64,000 bases of DNA from an uncultured Thermoproteaceae archaeon (lineage in GTDB: Archaea > Thermoproteota > Thermoprotei > Thermoproteales > Thermocladiaceae), in contig CAZNTG010000007.1 in the NCBI GenBank assembly GCA_964575955.1, positions 65,277 through 129,276 of the forward strand, read 5' to 3'. The notes under the pieces are model-generated. The model saw nothing but the letters and a program-made list of their open reading frames with translations, was not told where the DNA came from and made no database searches. Positions 43,015 through 52,978 of this stretch are shown one piece after another. The stretch's first letter is position 1; each line of letters opens with the position of its first letter. Position numbers and translations under genes: made by a program.

Positions 43015-44004
43015 ATGTTGATAAACTTAGAAGAACTTGAGAGACAACTTCAAGAAATTGAAAATAAGTTTAATCAGATAAATTCACAAATAGAAGAGAG
43101 ATTAAATACTATAGCACAATTGAAATCTGAATTAAATAACATTAGAAGTGAAATTGATAAGGTAAGATCACAATTAGAGAAGTTGAATAATGAATTATCT
43201 GAAAAGAGAAGAAGATTACAAGAATTGAAAAATAGAAAACAAGAGCTAGTATCAAGACTTAGAGAATTGAAACAGAGGAAGAGAGATTTAACAAATGAGT
43301 TAAAAATTAAAAGAGAATTAATTAAGAAGCTTGGAAATCTAATAAGTGAGTTAAAACAAAATGTTAGACTTGGAAAGAAGTTAAGTAAAGAAGATATTAA
43401 GAAGATAATTGAACAATTAGAACTTGAACATGAGATATCTCCAACAGATCCTGAGAGAGAGTGGGAATTTTTCAGAAAGATAATGTCTCTAGAACGTGAA
43501 TTAAATATTATGGAGCTTATAGATAAGCTTAGAGAGAAAGCTAACAATCTTGTAATGGATGTTGACTATATTAAAAGTGAGATTGTACTAACTAGTGAAG
43601 AGATTAGAAGAATATCTGAAAAAGAGATTCCAAATATTGTTCAAGAAATTGAGAAGACTAGACAAGAAATTGGTAATCTTGTTGAAAATATTAGAAGTCT
43701 CATTAGTAAGAGAGAGGAGTTGAAGAGGAGGAGAGATTCTATTAAGGAGGAGATTTTGAGAAATTATGCAGAGATTAAGAAGTTGAGAGAACAGCTCTCA
43801 AGTTTGAGAGAAGAGCTTGAGAAGATTCAAATATTGAAGATTGCTGCTGAGAAGAGTCAAAGATTGATGCAGAGAATTCAGAAGAAGCTTGAGCTTAAGA
43901 GGAGTCTTGAAGAGAGGTTTAGACAAGCGTATGAGAGATTGATGCGTGGTGAGAGAGTTAGTCTTGAGGAGTTAAATATTGCTGAATATCTAGAGAAAGA
44001 GTAG
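43015..44004 (+). CDS. Archaeal long coiled-coil protein
   Basis: Heptad-rich E/K/L/R; ends with GERVSLEEL. Confidence 0.75.
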   Translation: MLINLEELERQLQEIENKFNQINSQIEERLNTIAQLKSELNNIRSEIDKVRSQLEKLNNELSEKRRRLQELKNRKQELVSRLRELKQRKRDLTNELKIKRELIKKLGNLISELKQNVRLGKKLSKEDIKKIIEQLELEHEISPTDPEREWEFFRKIMSLERELNIMELIDKLREKANNLVMDVDYIKSEIVLTSEEIRRISEKEIPNIVQEIEKTRQEIGNLVENIRSLISKREELKRRRDSIKEEILRNYAEIKKLREQLSSLREELEKIQILKIAAEKSQRLMQRIQKKLELKRSLEERFRQAYERLMRGERVSLEELNIAEYLEKE

Positions 44005-44007
44005 TAG

Positions 44008-45096
44008 ATGTCTACTCCAGCACGTAAAATATTGGTACTATGTATTGATAGAGATAATGATGTAGGTGAGAGACTTGGAATACCAACACCTGTAATTGGT
44101 CGTGACGCATTGCTAAATGTTGCAATACAGTACATATTGAGATATCCAGATGATTCAGATGCAAATGCGATGTTTGGTGCAGTACAGCTATATGATAATC
44201 TTGTAGCATCTCTAGGTAGAGAAAATGTTGAAGTAGCACTTGTTACAGGAGCTGGTAGTGAAGATACTATGGCAGATTTGAAACTTATAGGTGAGGTTGA
44301 TAGAGTATTACAGCAGTTTAATGCTGATGCATTTATAGTAGTATCTGACAGTCCTACAGATGAGGCAGTTGTACCATTACTACAATCTAGAAGACCTGTA
44401 ATATCTGTTAGAAGGATAGTTGTTAGACAATCTAGAGGTTTTGAAGAATTTGCAGTACTTGCAAAATACTACTTAACAAAACTATTCATGGAACCTAAAT
44501 ATAGGAAATATGCACTTGGACTACCAGGACTAATACTACTACTGTATGGTATAGCTAGCATATTAGCATATAAGCTACCTGCAGTAGTTGCAGCACTTGC
44601 AGGATCAACATTCGTACTATGTATTGGAGTATTTGCACTACTGGTAGCATTTAACATACATGAAAAAATTTTGAAATTTATAAGAAAGTATGAGTTAACA
44701 TTCTTCACAATTGTAGTATCTGCAATGTTATTAATACTATACCCACTAGTAAACTTGTACATTCTTGAAGTACCTGCTATGAGTATAGTAATTTCAAGAC
44801 CAACAATATTTGACATACTTAGTATTGCTATAGCAATTGCACTATTTACAAACATTGTAGAGATATACGCTAAGAGGGGAGTAATACCATTGAGAAAAGT
44901 TGTTCTTGCAGTAGCAATAACACTATTTCCAGCATTGATAATAAATGGCATGGTATGGTTCATATTTAAAGTAATAAAATTTGCAGAATTCTTAGCATTA
45001 GTTACAGGTTATGTCATAATAAATATAGTAACTATAGGAATAGTCTTAAAGCTATCTAAGAGATATGCAGAAAGCATTAGCTATTCTAAGTATTAG
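44008..45096 (+). CDS. DUF373-family membrane protein
   Basis: LVLCIDRDND, TPVIGR, PDDSDANA, SVRRIVVRQS; C-terminal TMs. Confidence 0.88.
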   Translation: MSTPARKILVLCIDRDNDVGERLGIPTPVIGRDALLNVAIQYILRYPDDSDANAMFGAVQLYDNLVASLGRENVEVALVTGAGSEDTMADLKLIGEVDRVLQQFNADAFIVVSDSPTDEAVVPLLQSRRPVISVRRIVVRQSRGFEEFAVLAKYYLTKLFMEPKYRKYALGLPGLILLLYGIASILAYKLPAVVAALAGSTFVLCIGVFALLVAFNIHEKILKFIRKYELTFFTIVVSAMLLILYPLVNLYILEVPAMSIVISRPTIFDILSIAIAIALFTNIVEIYAKRGVIPLRKVVLAVAITLFPALIINGMVWFIFKVIKFAEFLALVTGYVIINIVTIGIVLKLSKRYAESISYSKY

Positions 45097-45832
45097 AGAA
45101 GACATTACTAAAAATATAATTTTTGAAGAAATAAAAACACTTGCAGAGATGTATAATGTCTATATTGAAGATTTTAAATCAAACGAGGTAATTCTTAGAG
45201 GTAATTTAGAAAATATTTTAGAAATGTCTTGTAGAAGTGTATTTATTAAAGAATTAAAAATTGATGGAGGTATAAGATTTCCAAGATCTTACATAGTGTA
45301 TAAGAGACCTCTAGAGAGAGTTGATACATGTTCTGCACCTCTTGAAATATTTCTATCAAGATTATTACTAAATTTATCAAAGGTTAGAGAAGGTTGTAAA
45401 GTTCTTGATCCATTTTCAGGTGTTGGTGGTATACTTTTTGAAGCTAGGATGCTTGGTGCATATACTCTAGGATTAGATATATGTGAAAAGTATGTGAAAG
45501 TTCAGAAGAGAAATTTAGACTACAACTCTGATCAAGTAGTCTCAGATTCTTCAAAATTTTTAGGTATAATGTGTAGATTTGATGCTGTAGTCTCAGATCC
45601 ACCATATTCAAAATTATCTATAACTGATTTAGATCTAGACATACTCTATATGTCTCTTGTAAAGATTGCACATGCAGCTCTTAAGAGTAGCGGTGTTTTA
45701 GCTATATCCTGTATATGTACTATACCTATTGAAGAATATTTACAAGATTATGATTTTGATATTTGTTGTATTGGTTATCAATATGTTCATAAAACTCTTA
45801 TTCGTAAGATAGTTAAAGCAGTAAAATTGTGA
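45065..45832 (+). CDS. TRM11-like SAM-dependent amino-methyltransferase
   Basis: VLDPFSGVGGILFEA, DAVVSDPPY, YVHKTLIRKI. Confidence 0.82.
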   Translation: MQKALAILSIREDITKNIIFEEIKTLAEMYNVYIEDFKSNEVILRGNLENILEMSCRSVFIKELKIDGGIRFPRSYIVYKRPLERVDTCSAPLEIFLSRLLLNLSKVREGCKVLDPFSGVGGILFEARMLGAYTLGLDICEKYVKVQKRNLDYNSDQVVSDSSKFLGIMCRFDAVVSDPPYSKLSITDLDLDILYMSLVKIAHAALKSSGVLAISCICTIPIEEYLQDYDFDICCIGYQYVHKTLIRKIVKAVKL

Positions 45833-45834
45833 TA

Positions 45835-46104
45835 TTATACAAGTCCTAATCTTGAAAGTAGATCCATAGCACTATACTCAGGACTAAGCTTTACATATGC
45901 TTTCTTCTCTCCTTCAGGTGTTATTAATGTATTTACTTTAACAACCTTAACATTGTACAACTTTTCTATTGCTTCTCTAATCTGCTTTTTAGTAGCTTCT
46001 CTCCTAACTATTACTGTAATCTTATTTTCACGTTCTGCAAGTCTAAGACTCTTCTCTGTAAGTACGAATCTCACAATTATGTCATATGGATTTGTAGTTG
46101 TCAT
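45835..46104 (-). CDS. rpl23: 50S ribosomal protein L23
   Basis: TEKS, ATKKQI, KVNTLITPEGEKKAYVKL. Confidence 0.96.
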   Translation of the reverse strand: MTTTNPYDIIVRFVLTEKSLRLAERENKITVIVRREATKKQIREAIEKLYNVKVVKVNTLITPEGEKKAYVKLSPEYSAMDLLSRLGLV

Positions 46105-46934
46105 ACCTTGAAGAGATTTGCTAGCCTTCTTAAAGCTTCATCTGTCCATAGTGTTAACCTGCCTGGAACACCGCCAGGAGCTAATACCAACATGTTTAGC
46201 ATATCAACTTTAACAACATCTACACCTGGCAAGTTTCTCAATGCGTTAATTACAGGACATTTATCACTTACAACTACTAGTAGACTTTTTGGACATTTGT
46301 ATCTTCTACCACGTCTCTTACCTTTACCTGCTCTAATTCTAATTTTCTCATGAGCTCTCTCAATATCATCCCAAAGTCCTAATCTCCTTAACACTCTCTT
46401 AACATCACTTGTATATTGAATGTTTTCAAAATCTTTAATAACTACTGGCGGTATCTGTACGACACTATCAATTATGTGTCCTCTAGCTTTTACTAGATCT
46501 GGAATTGCTGTTGCAGCAATGGCAGATCTGATAGCTAGTTTTCTCTCCTTCTTATTAATATATTCATGAATCTTCTTCTCGACTTTTGGTGGATGTGCTC
46601 TTCTACCACCAACACACATTGGTGCAAATGCAGCTCTTGGCCATAGATGACCTTTAATTCTGGGAACTCTAGCAAGTCCAAGACCAACACCAAAAGATTC
46701 TGCAGTTGTTCTCTTACCTGCCATTGGGTCAGTACCTTTTGGCTGTAGTCTCTTTGTAAATGCACTAAGGAAAGCTCTTCTAATAAGGTCAATCCTTACA
46801 GGAGTTCTAAAATGATCAGGAAGTTCTATCTCACCAACAGGATTACCATCAAGATCAAACACCTTAACAACTCTAGGAACTTCCCACTTAGGTCTAATCC
46901 ATGGCGAGAGATCTAGCTCAGGTACTATAGCCAT
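46101..46934 (-). CDS. rpl4: 50S ribosomal protein L4
   Basis: AGKRTTAESFG, GGRRAHPP, RAGKGKRRGRRY, LAPGGVPGRLTLWT. Confidence 0.97.
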   Translation of the reverse strand: MAIVPELDLSPWIRPKWEVPRVVKVFDLDGNPVGEIELPDHFRTPVRIDLIRRAFLSAFTKRLQPKGTDPMAGKRTTAESFGVGLGLARVPRIKGHLWPRAAFAPMCVGGRRAHPPKVEKKIHEYINKKERKLAIRSAIAATAIPDLVKARGHIIDSVVQIPPVVIKDFENIQYTSDVKRVLRRLGLWDDIERAHEKIRIRAGKGKRRGRRYKCPKSLLVVVSDKCPVINALRNLPGVDVVKVDMLNMLVLAPGGVPGRLTLWTDEALRRLANLFKV

Positions 46935-46992
46935 CCTAACTCTCGAGAAGGTCTAGACTAGCATTTATAAACTTTGAGGTTATTGTGTAGAA

Positions 46993-48105
46993 GTGAGAAG
47001 AATATTGGAGGAATTGAAAAATCTATCACAGAGATGTATAACATATCAAGATCCAACACTAGAGATAGATCCAAGACAAATATCTATAAGACTACTATTT
47101 AATGAAAATCTAGTACTTCCAAAAGAATATTATGAAGAAATAGTGAAATATATAAAAGAAAATATAGATCTAGCATTAAGATACTACCCATCTGCAAAAA
47201 TTAGAAAAAAGATAACAGAAGAAATAGCAAAAATATATAAAATAGATGAAAACATGATATATCTAACAGCAGGAGCTGATGAAGCAATGAAATTAATATT
47301 CGACATATGTAATGCAAGGGTAGATAAGATATTAATATTAAGACCATGCTATGGAATGCCACTAGTATATGCACATAATACAAATATGAAAATAATAAGT
47401 AAAGTATTAACAAGAGACTATAAAATACCTAAGGAAGAAATTGTAGAACATGTAAATAGTGAAAATATAGAATTAATATATATATGCAATCCAAACAATC
47501 CACTAAGCATAGAATTCAATATAGAAGATATAGAGTATATTGTTAAGAATGTAGATTCAATAGTTATGATAGATGAAACATACCACGACTATGGTGATCA
47601 AGATCACTCTAAACTAGTTAAAAAGTATGAAAATGTCATAGTTATAAGATCATTATCAAAAAGTTGGGGATTAGCAGGACTTAGAGTTGGCTACATGATA
47701 GCAAGTGAATATATATGTAAACTAGCTAACGCATTTGCACAACCATTCAACATTAGTAGTATTGCTCTAATAGCATTAGAAAAAGCAATACAACTATACG
47801 ACATAGTTAAGAAGTATGTAGAATATGTTAAAGATATTAGGAAAGAAATTATAGAGAAAATTAAAAATATAAAACATGTAGTAGAAGTATTTAACTCAAA
47901 AACAAACTTCATAACATTTAGATTAGACTCAAAAATTAGTGCAGTTGAAGTTAAGGAGAAATTAAAAAATTATGGATACTATGTTAGACTTAGTAATGAA
48001 CCAATGTTAGAAAATTGTCTTAGAGTAACAATTGCAAGTAGAGACATAATGTATAACTTTATAGATACATTAGAGAAGATACTTAATGAATATAGATTGG
48101 AATAA
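46993..48105 (+). CDS. hisC: Histidinol-phosphate aminotransferase-family PLP enzyme
   Basis: NEN, GADE, CNPNNP, IDETY, RSLSKSWGLAGLRVGY; could be a CobD-like paralogue. Confidence 0.75.
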   Translation: MRRILEELKNLSQRCITYQDPTLEIDPRQISIRLLFNENLVLPKEYYEEIVKYIKENIDLALRYYPSAKIRKKITEEIAKIYKIDENMIYLTAGADEAMKLIFDICNARVDKILILRPCYGMPLVYAHNTNMKIISKVLTRDYKIPKEEIVEHVNSENIELIYICNPNNPLSIEFNIEDIEYIVKNVDSIVMIDETYHDYGDQDHSKLVKKYENVIVIRSLSKSWGLAGLRVGYMIASEYICKLANAFAQPFNISSIALIALEKAIQLYDIVKKYVEYVKDIRKEIIEKIKNIKHVVEVFNSKTNFITFRLDSKISAVEVKEKLKNYGYYVRLSNEPMLENCLRVTIASRDIMYNFIDTLEKILNEYRLE

Positions 48106-48445
48106 AGTTAAGGAAGTTGTTGATAAGATAGATTGGGATATTGAAGATGGAGCATTAGTAATATATGTAGGAATAGTTAAAGGTATGAAAGATGGTAGAA
48201 TTGTAAGAGAAATAGAGGTTGTACATGATGAATATTCTATACATAGTGAAATTAATAGAAAACTTAAAGATGATTTAGAGAATAGGAAAATTGCATACAA
48301 ACTCACTAAAGGTAAATTAAAACCAGGAGATAATATTACAATAATAGCAGTATGCTCAAAAGATAGGTATGATGCAACTATAAAATTATTAAAAATTTTA
48401 GATATAGTTAAGAGAAATGTTAGGATTTTAGAAAAGTATGAGTAA
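48086..48445 (+). CDS. MoaE-like (molybdopterin synthase large subunit), divergent
   Basis: DGALVIYVGIVKG, GKLKPGDNI, SKDRYDA, VKRNV..EKY. Confidence 0.6.
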   Translation: MNIDWNKVKEVVDKIDWDIEDGALVIYVGIVKGMKDGRIVREIEVVHDEYSIHSEINRKLKDDLENRKIAYKLTKGKLKPGDNITIIAVCSKDRYDATIKLLKILDIVKRNVRILEKYE

Positions 48446-48950
48446 TCTTCCTTAACTTTTCAAAACATATTCTTCCTAAAGTTGCAAAATTTGAGTTATA
48501 GTTAAAACCAAGCAACATAAATAGATAGTGAAGTATATGTACATTACTACATGATACAACTCTAATAAATCTACTAACAATATAATCATTTAGGATAAAT
48601 ATTATACCAATTTTACGACAAATTTCTAAATAGCTAGATGATATGTATGGAAATATTCTACTATCTATAGCAATCTTCCTTATACAATCTTGAGGTATTT
48701 TAATTAATTTGCTAATAATCTTCTTACTTAATAACGTTGAAGTACATATTGATCCTCTGGATATTAGAGAGTTTAGATATTCATAATCTATATTATCTCT
48801 ACTATATACCTTATAATTTACAACTTCACATTTTATATATACATCTCTTAGACTTATCTTTAGTGAGCTCTTAACTGAGCCTAGAATTATGTTGATATTA
48901 TGTTTACGATCTGTGTCTACGTATATTACATTGTACAGTTTTTCAATCAC
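48420..48950 (-). CDS. Hypothetical protein (weak resemblance to RNase P Rpp30)
   Basis: ORF; only faint C-terminal pattern similarity. Confidence 0.4.
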   Translation of the reverse strand: MIEKLYNVIYVDTDRKHNINIILGSVKSSLKISLRDVYIKCEVVNYKVYSRDNIDYEYLNSLISRGSICTSTLLSKKIISKLIKIPQDCIRKIAIDSRIFPYISSSYLEICRKIGIIFILNDYIVSRFIRVVSCSNVHILHYLFMLLGFNYNSNFATLGRICFEKLRKITHTFLKS

Positions 48951-48961
48951 TATATCAGGTG

Positions 48962-49393
48962 TTATTCAAGTACTATGTTCAATCTTTTAAATAAATCTCT
49001 AACATATTTAAGATCAATTTCATAACTACTAGATCTTAATCTCCATATATTTTTAGTTCCATTCCATGATTTTAATCTAAAAAATTCAACTATACATCTT
49101 CTAGATATTGTTACTTTAATCATTGTATCATCTTCTACTCTTCTAATAACATTATCTATATAGTTTTTAAATGTTTTATAGACATCTACTAGATCTTTTA
49201 TTGGTTTTGCATCTACTTCAGTATTTGTTAATACTACTCTTAACGGCAGGATTCTTCTTGTACTTATATACGTTATATATCTTCTATCTCCATATGCTAG
49301 TATTAGCTTATCTCCATAGCTTAATTCTACTCTTCTTGGTATTGGTAGTTCACTTATGTATTTCCACTTTTTGCATTTTAATAACATAGTCAT
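48962..49393 (-). CDS. Hypothetical protein
   Basis: ORF co-oriented with 48420-48950. Confidence 0.5.
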   Translation of the reverse strand: MTMLLKCKKWKYISELPIPRRVELSYGDKLILAYGDRRYITYISTRRILPLRVVLTNTEVDAKPIKDLVDVYKTFKNYIDNVIRRVEDDTMIKVTISRRCIVEFFRLKSWNGTKNIWRLRSSSYEIDLKYVRDLFKRLNIVLE

Positions 49394-49482
49394 GTTTTTC
49401 TTTGTCTATTTTTTATATCATTGTCTATGGGAGTTTATGATGTGTGTAGTATAAATATCATGTCTTTAATAATTTAATTATT

Positions 49483-50292
49483 ATGAATTGGGAATGGTAT
49501 ATTCCTGCTATTGCAGGTATTGTAAATGTGTGTTATGGAGTTGTTATGCATATTTTAGGACCTACATCAAGTATTAGGAGGAGAGGTCTTGAACATATTT
49601 ACGATACTTTGATAGCTTTTATAATATTTTCAATATTTTTAATATTCTTTGAAAATCTTCAATATTTTATACATGTTTTAGCTAGATCTCTTGGCTTAGA
49701 TACAAGATACATTGATGGTAAGTCTACTATAGATGTTCTAGATAGTGCTTCTAAATATTTTTTAGATAGTTTTAATAATGTTAAGAATATGTTAACAACA
49801 TTATATATTGTTTGTATGACTTTAAATATTGTTCCATATACAGTACCTGCTGCATACTATCTTTCACAATCTACACAATATCTTCAATGGATGGCTCATT
49901 GGGCATTGATAAATCTATACATGTACTATGTATTATCTAAGATAGGTGTTAACTGTATTGCAATTTCAGGTATTGGATTTGGACTTCTAGTTCCAAGACA
50001 GACTAGGAGTATTGGGGCACTATTGACAGCTTTAAGTATAGTACTACCTGCACAGGTAGAGATGATATATCTGTGGGAAGTCAATAATGAAGTACACATA
50101 GTACTACCACATAGCATAAATATCTCAAATGCATTAAAGATAGCTAGAGATATAGCACTTGGAGGATACGAAATAGCAAAAGCATTACAAGAACAAAACA
50201 TAATAATGGATATAGCATCAGCAATATCAGGAGTACTAATATTCACAATAACAAAAATAATAGACGAAACAGGACACTACCTAAAAATCTAA
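49483..50292 (+). CDS. CedA/TedA-like (VirB6-like) DNA-import membrane protein
   Basis: YG..M.ILGPT...RRRGLEHIYD and GFGLLVPRQTRSIGALLTALSIV resemble recalled CedA N-terminal patterns. Confidence 0.55.
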   Translation: MNWEWYIPAIAGIVNVCYGVVMHILGPTSSIRRRGLEHIYDTLIAFIIFSIFLIFFENLQYFIHVLARSLGLDTRYIDGKSTIDVLDSASKYFLDSFNNVKNMLTTLYIVCMTLNIVPYTVPAAYYLSQSTQYLQWMAHWALINLYMYYVLSKIGVNCIAISGIGFGLLVPRQTRSIGALLTALSIVLPAQVEMIYLWEVNNEVHIVLPHSINISNALKIARDIALGGYEIAKALQEQNIIMDIASAISGVLIFTITKIIDETGHYLKI

Positions 50293-50346
50293 AAGTGAGA
50301 AACATTTAAAAACTAACCATAAAAAAACTCGAACAGATAGACAAAA

Positions 50347-50424
50347 GCCCCGGTAGTATAGCCCGGTCAAGTATGCGGGCCTCTCGAGCCCGTGACCCGG
50401 GTTCAAATCCCGGCCGGGGCACCA
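50347..50424 (+). tRNA. tRNA-Glu(CTC), CCA encoded
   Basis: GCCCCGG-TAGTATAG...CGGGC-CTCTCGA-GCCCG...GGTTCAAATCC...CCGGGGC-A-CCA. Confidence 0.97.
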
Positions 50425-50626
50425 TTAGAAATCTCTTTTCACTAAAGAGAGAGTTCTTTCACAATTCCACTGTCTAATGTCATCATTTCTAAACATGCAG
50501 GAAATGTAGTTGAAAATTTCTCAACGTAGGTGCATCGTTGTACATGACTTAAGATCTAGTTATGGAGACTGTTATCAATATTGTTATAGAGACCTAATAC
50601 GTAGATTAGATTTGAGACAGAGTCAG

Positions 50627-51985
50627 ATGTACCCCAAGGTCACTGTACAGAATTTTGGATCGTTTGAGTATGCAGAACTTGAGCTTAGACCGCTTACCAT
50701 ACTCATAGGCAAGAATAGTGTAGGCAAGTCCATGTTAGTGTACCCAGTGTGGACATTAGCATCAACAATGCCTGATTTCGAAAAATTAGCAGAGATTGTC
50801 GAGGAACATGGTGTTGAAGAGATTGCGACTAGAATTGTAAGGGCTCTTGAGAAGGGGGGGAAAAATCCACATGATGACTTTAGGAGACTTGTCGAGCTAC
50901 ACATTGAGGCATTACATGAAGCAATAGCATCAGGTGTCGGTGAGGCACTTAAGGAGACATTCGCTACTGAATTGAGAGATCTCATTCTTGAAAATAGGCA
51001 AAGAGCATTAATCAAAGTACGGGAAGCTAAAGCAATGTTAACATTAGTAATAGAGGAAGATAGAGTTTACGTTAATAACTATGTGCCATATCGTGAATTT
51101 ATTGAAAATCTACATATCAAAATTCCAGCACCAGGCAGGTTGAAGATTGTAATTCCTCATGAAGAACCTCTCGACTTCTACGTTGCTGGAGTGGGAGACT
51201 TAGTGCAACTTATTGTTAGGCTCCTTGCCATCTATGTACGTAAAGCATTTAACATGTTCTTTACAACAGAGAGTGTCGCCGCTCTCTTAGTTGATGGTAG
51301 AGCAGGCATAGCCAGAACCTTACTTAGACCTTATCCTAGTCCGAGAGTTGTTAAAGGTATAACATATCTCGACGAGTATTTTGTACGCCTATACTATAGA
51401 CTAGCCGAAATGTTGTACCATAACCTTATACACATAGACCTGGTGGAGGACATTCTCAGAGAGTTAGGCTGTAAAATAGAGCCAGTATTTGAGAGAGGGA
51501 CCTATACAATATACATACAGACTTGGACTGGTAAGAGAGTTCCGTTTGAGAAAGCCCCATCGGGAATTCGTGAAACCTTAGTTGCAGCTCTTGCACTAGC
51601 CTCTGGAGGTAATCCATACGTTGTATTTATTGAGGAACCTGAAGCTCATCTACATCCGAGAGCTCAAAGATTGCTTACAAGGCTAATCGCTAGGGCGATA
51701 AATGAGCTTGGTAAGATTGTTGTGATAACAACACACAGTGACTACATAGTCTATAGCTTAAGCAACCTCATAGCCCTATCATCGTCAAGAGAGAAGGCGA
51801 GACAACTAAGCTACACCGAGTCTGAAATCTTGGAACCTAGCAAGGTAGCTGCATATATTGTCAAGCCTAGCGAAGGAAAGGCAGTTGTTGAGCGTCTCGA
51901 AGTAGCTCAGGAAGGTATACCTGAAGATGAGTTTGCAGAAATAGCAAGAGTGCTGGCTGATGAGCGAGCATACATCCTCACATAG
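50627..51985 (+). CDS. ABC-type (AAA_15/AAA_21) ATPase, defence/toxin-associated type
   Basis: MYPKVTVQNFG, LRPLTILIGKNSVGKS, APSGIRE, FIEEPEAHLHP, ITTHSDY; ATG 50627 preferred over 50510; visibly more GC-rich than host genes. Confidence 0.85.
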   Translation: MYPKVTVQNFGSFEYAELELRPLTILIGKNSVGKSMLVYPVWTLASTMPDFEKLAEIVEEHGVEEIATRIVRALEKGGKNPHDDFRRLVELHIEALHEAIASGVGEALKETFATELRDLILENRQRALIKVREAKAMLTLVIEEDRVYVNNYVPYREFIENLHIKIPAPGRLKIVIPHEEPLDFYVAGVGDLVQLIVRLLAIYVRKAFNMFFTTESVAALLVDGRAGIARTLLRPYPSPRVVKGITYLDEYFVRLYYRLAEMLYHNLIHIDLVEDILRELGCKIEPVFERGTYTIYIQTWTGKRVPFEKAPSGIRETLVAALALASGGNPYVVFIEEPEAHLHPRAQRLLTRLIARAINELGKIVVITTHSDYIVYSLSNLIALSSSREKARQLSYTESEILEPSKVAAYIVKPSEGKAVVERLEVAQEGIPEDEFAEIARVLADERAYILT

Positions 51986-52383
51986 AAACTTCATTGAGAT
52001 TGATATTGAGAAGCTTGCTAAAGAGATCAAATGGCAGGAAAAAACACGCCGACAAGCTCTGGATAATTAACGACATTGTGATTATAATTGAAGAAACGCG
52101 AGGTAGAGCAAAGCCAGACGACATTGATAAGCTTGACAAAACAATAAGAGCATTGCTAAAAGGATCTCTCAGATCTCACATCCCTCTTCCAGAAAACATC
52201 TCCAAGATAGTAGTAATTGTCCATTCAGAAGGCAAAGTTGACTCAATGGTGCCAAAACTAGTAGCTAATAAAAATAGCGAGTGGAAGAGAACACTCACAA
52301 ATACAGGAATAGCCCTTCTGATAGTACATTGCAATAAGGAGCTTATAAGCAAGTTATAGGAATATGGAATACGACTAAAATAA
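51960..52383 (+). pseudogene. Frameshifted small PD-(D/E)xK-like nuclease partner of the ATPase
   Basis: ATG 51960 overlaps ATPase end; an extra A in the A6 run 52039-52044 separates MSEH...IKWQEK from HADKLWIINDIVIIIEET...; TAG at 52357-52359 precedes EYGIRLK*. Confidence 0.6.
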
Positions 52384-52622
52384 CTTCCCTATAGATGTTG
52401 CAATTGCTTTACCTACATAAACTACCTCGAGCTCTGTGACATGATATCTAGCAGTCTCGGATTCAGATAATGACGAACATGTGATTAATTATCTGATAAA
52501 ATAATTATGTCTTTAATTGAGAAAGTTCGAGTTTTTGTAAAACTCTTGTTAGGATATTTATGATTCAAAGGTTGAATGTTAAGCGAGCAGGTTAGCAAAA
52601 TGCATATAAGTTTTTCTAATTT

Positions 52623-52922
52623 TTGAACTATGCTATGAATAAGGCATATGTAAATTATATACTTACAATAGTGATGATTGTGCTTGGCATAGTTGTGCTA
52701 GTTACAGGGGTTATGTTGTGGTATTCGTTTACAGTTCTTGGAGGTCAGGTTAAGGGTCCTTACGCATTTAAGAAACATCCATATAGAAATGTGGTTAGGA
52801 ATATACATCTATATGCAGCACTAACATTATTTGGAGTATGTCTACTACACTTTATATTGAATATAGATTGGTTTATTGCAATGACTAAGAGAATAGGAAG
52901 AGGAAGATCAGGTGGTAGATAG
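52623..52922 (+). CDS. DUF4405-like small membrane (haem-binding?) protein
   Basis: VTGVMLW, NIHLY, LLHFILNIDWF; start may be ATG 52635. Confidence 0.75.
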   Translation: MNYAMNKAYVNYILTIVMIVLGIVVLVTGVMLWYSFTVLGGQVKGPYAFKKHPYRNVVRNIHLYAALTLFGVCLLHFILNIDWFIAMTKRIGRGRSGGR

Positions 52923-52978
52923 GTACATTCCGTATGGGGTAGAGATGGTTTTTTAAGTTTAATTATTTAGAATTTTAT

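Noticed and set aside
43015-44004. SMC- or cytoskeleton-like protein
   Set aside because: No ATPase motifs; fits a common archaeal coiled-coil family next to DUF373
50510-50626. 39-aa N-terminal extension of the ATPase
   Set aside because: The family motif begins at ATG 50627; the extension looks non-coding
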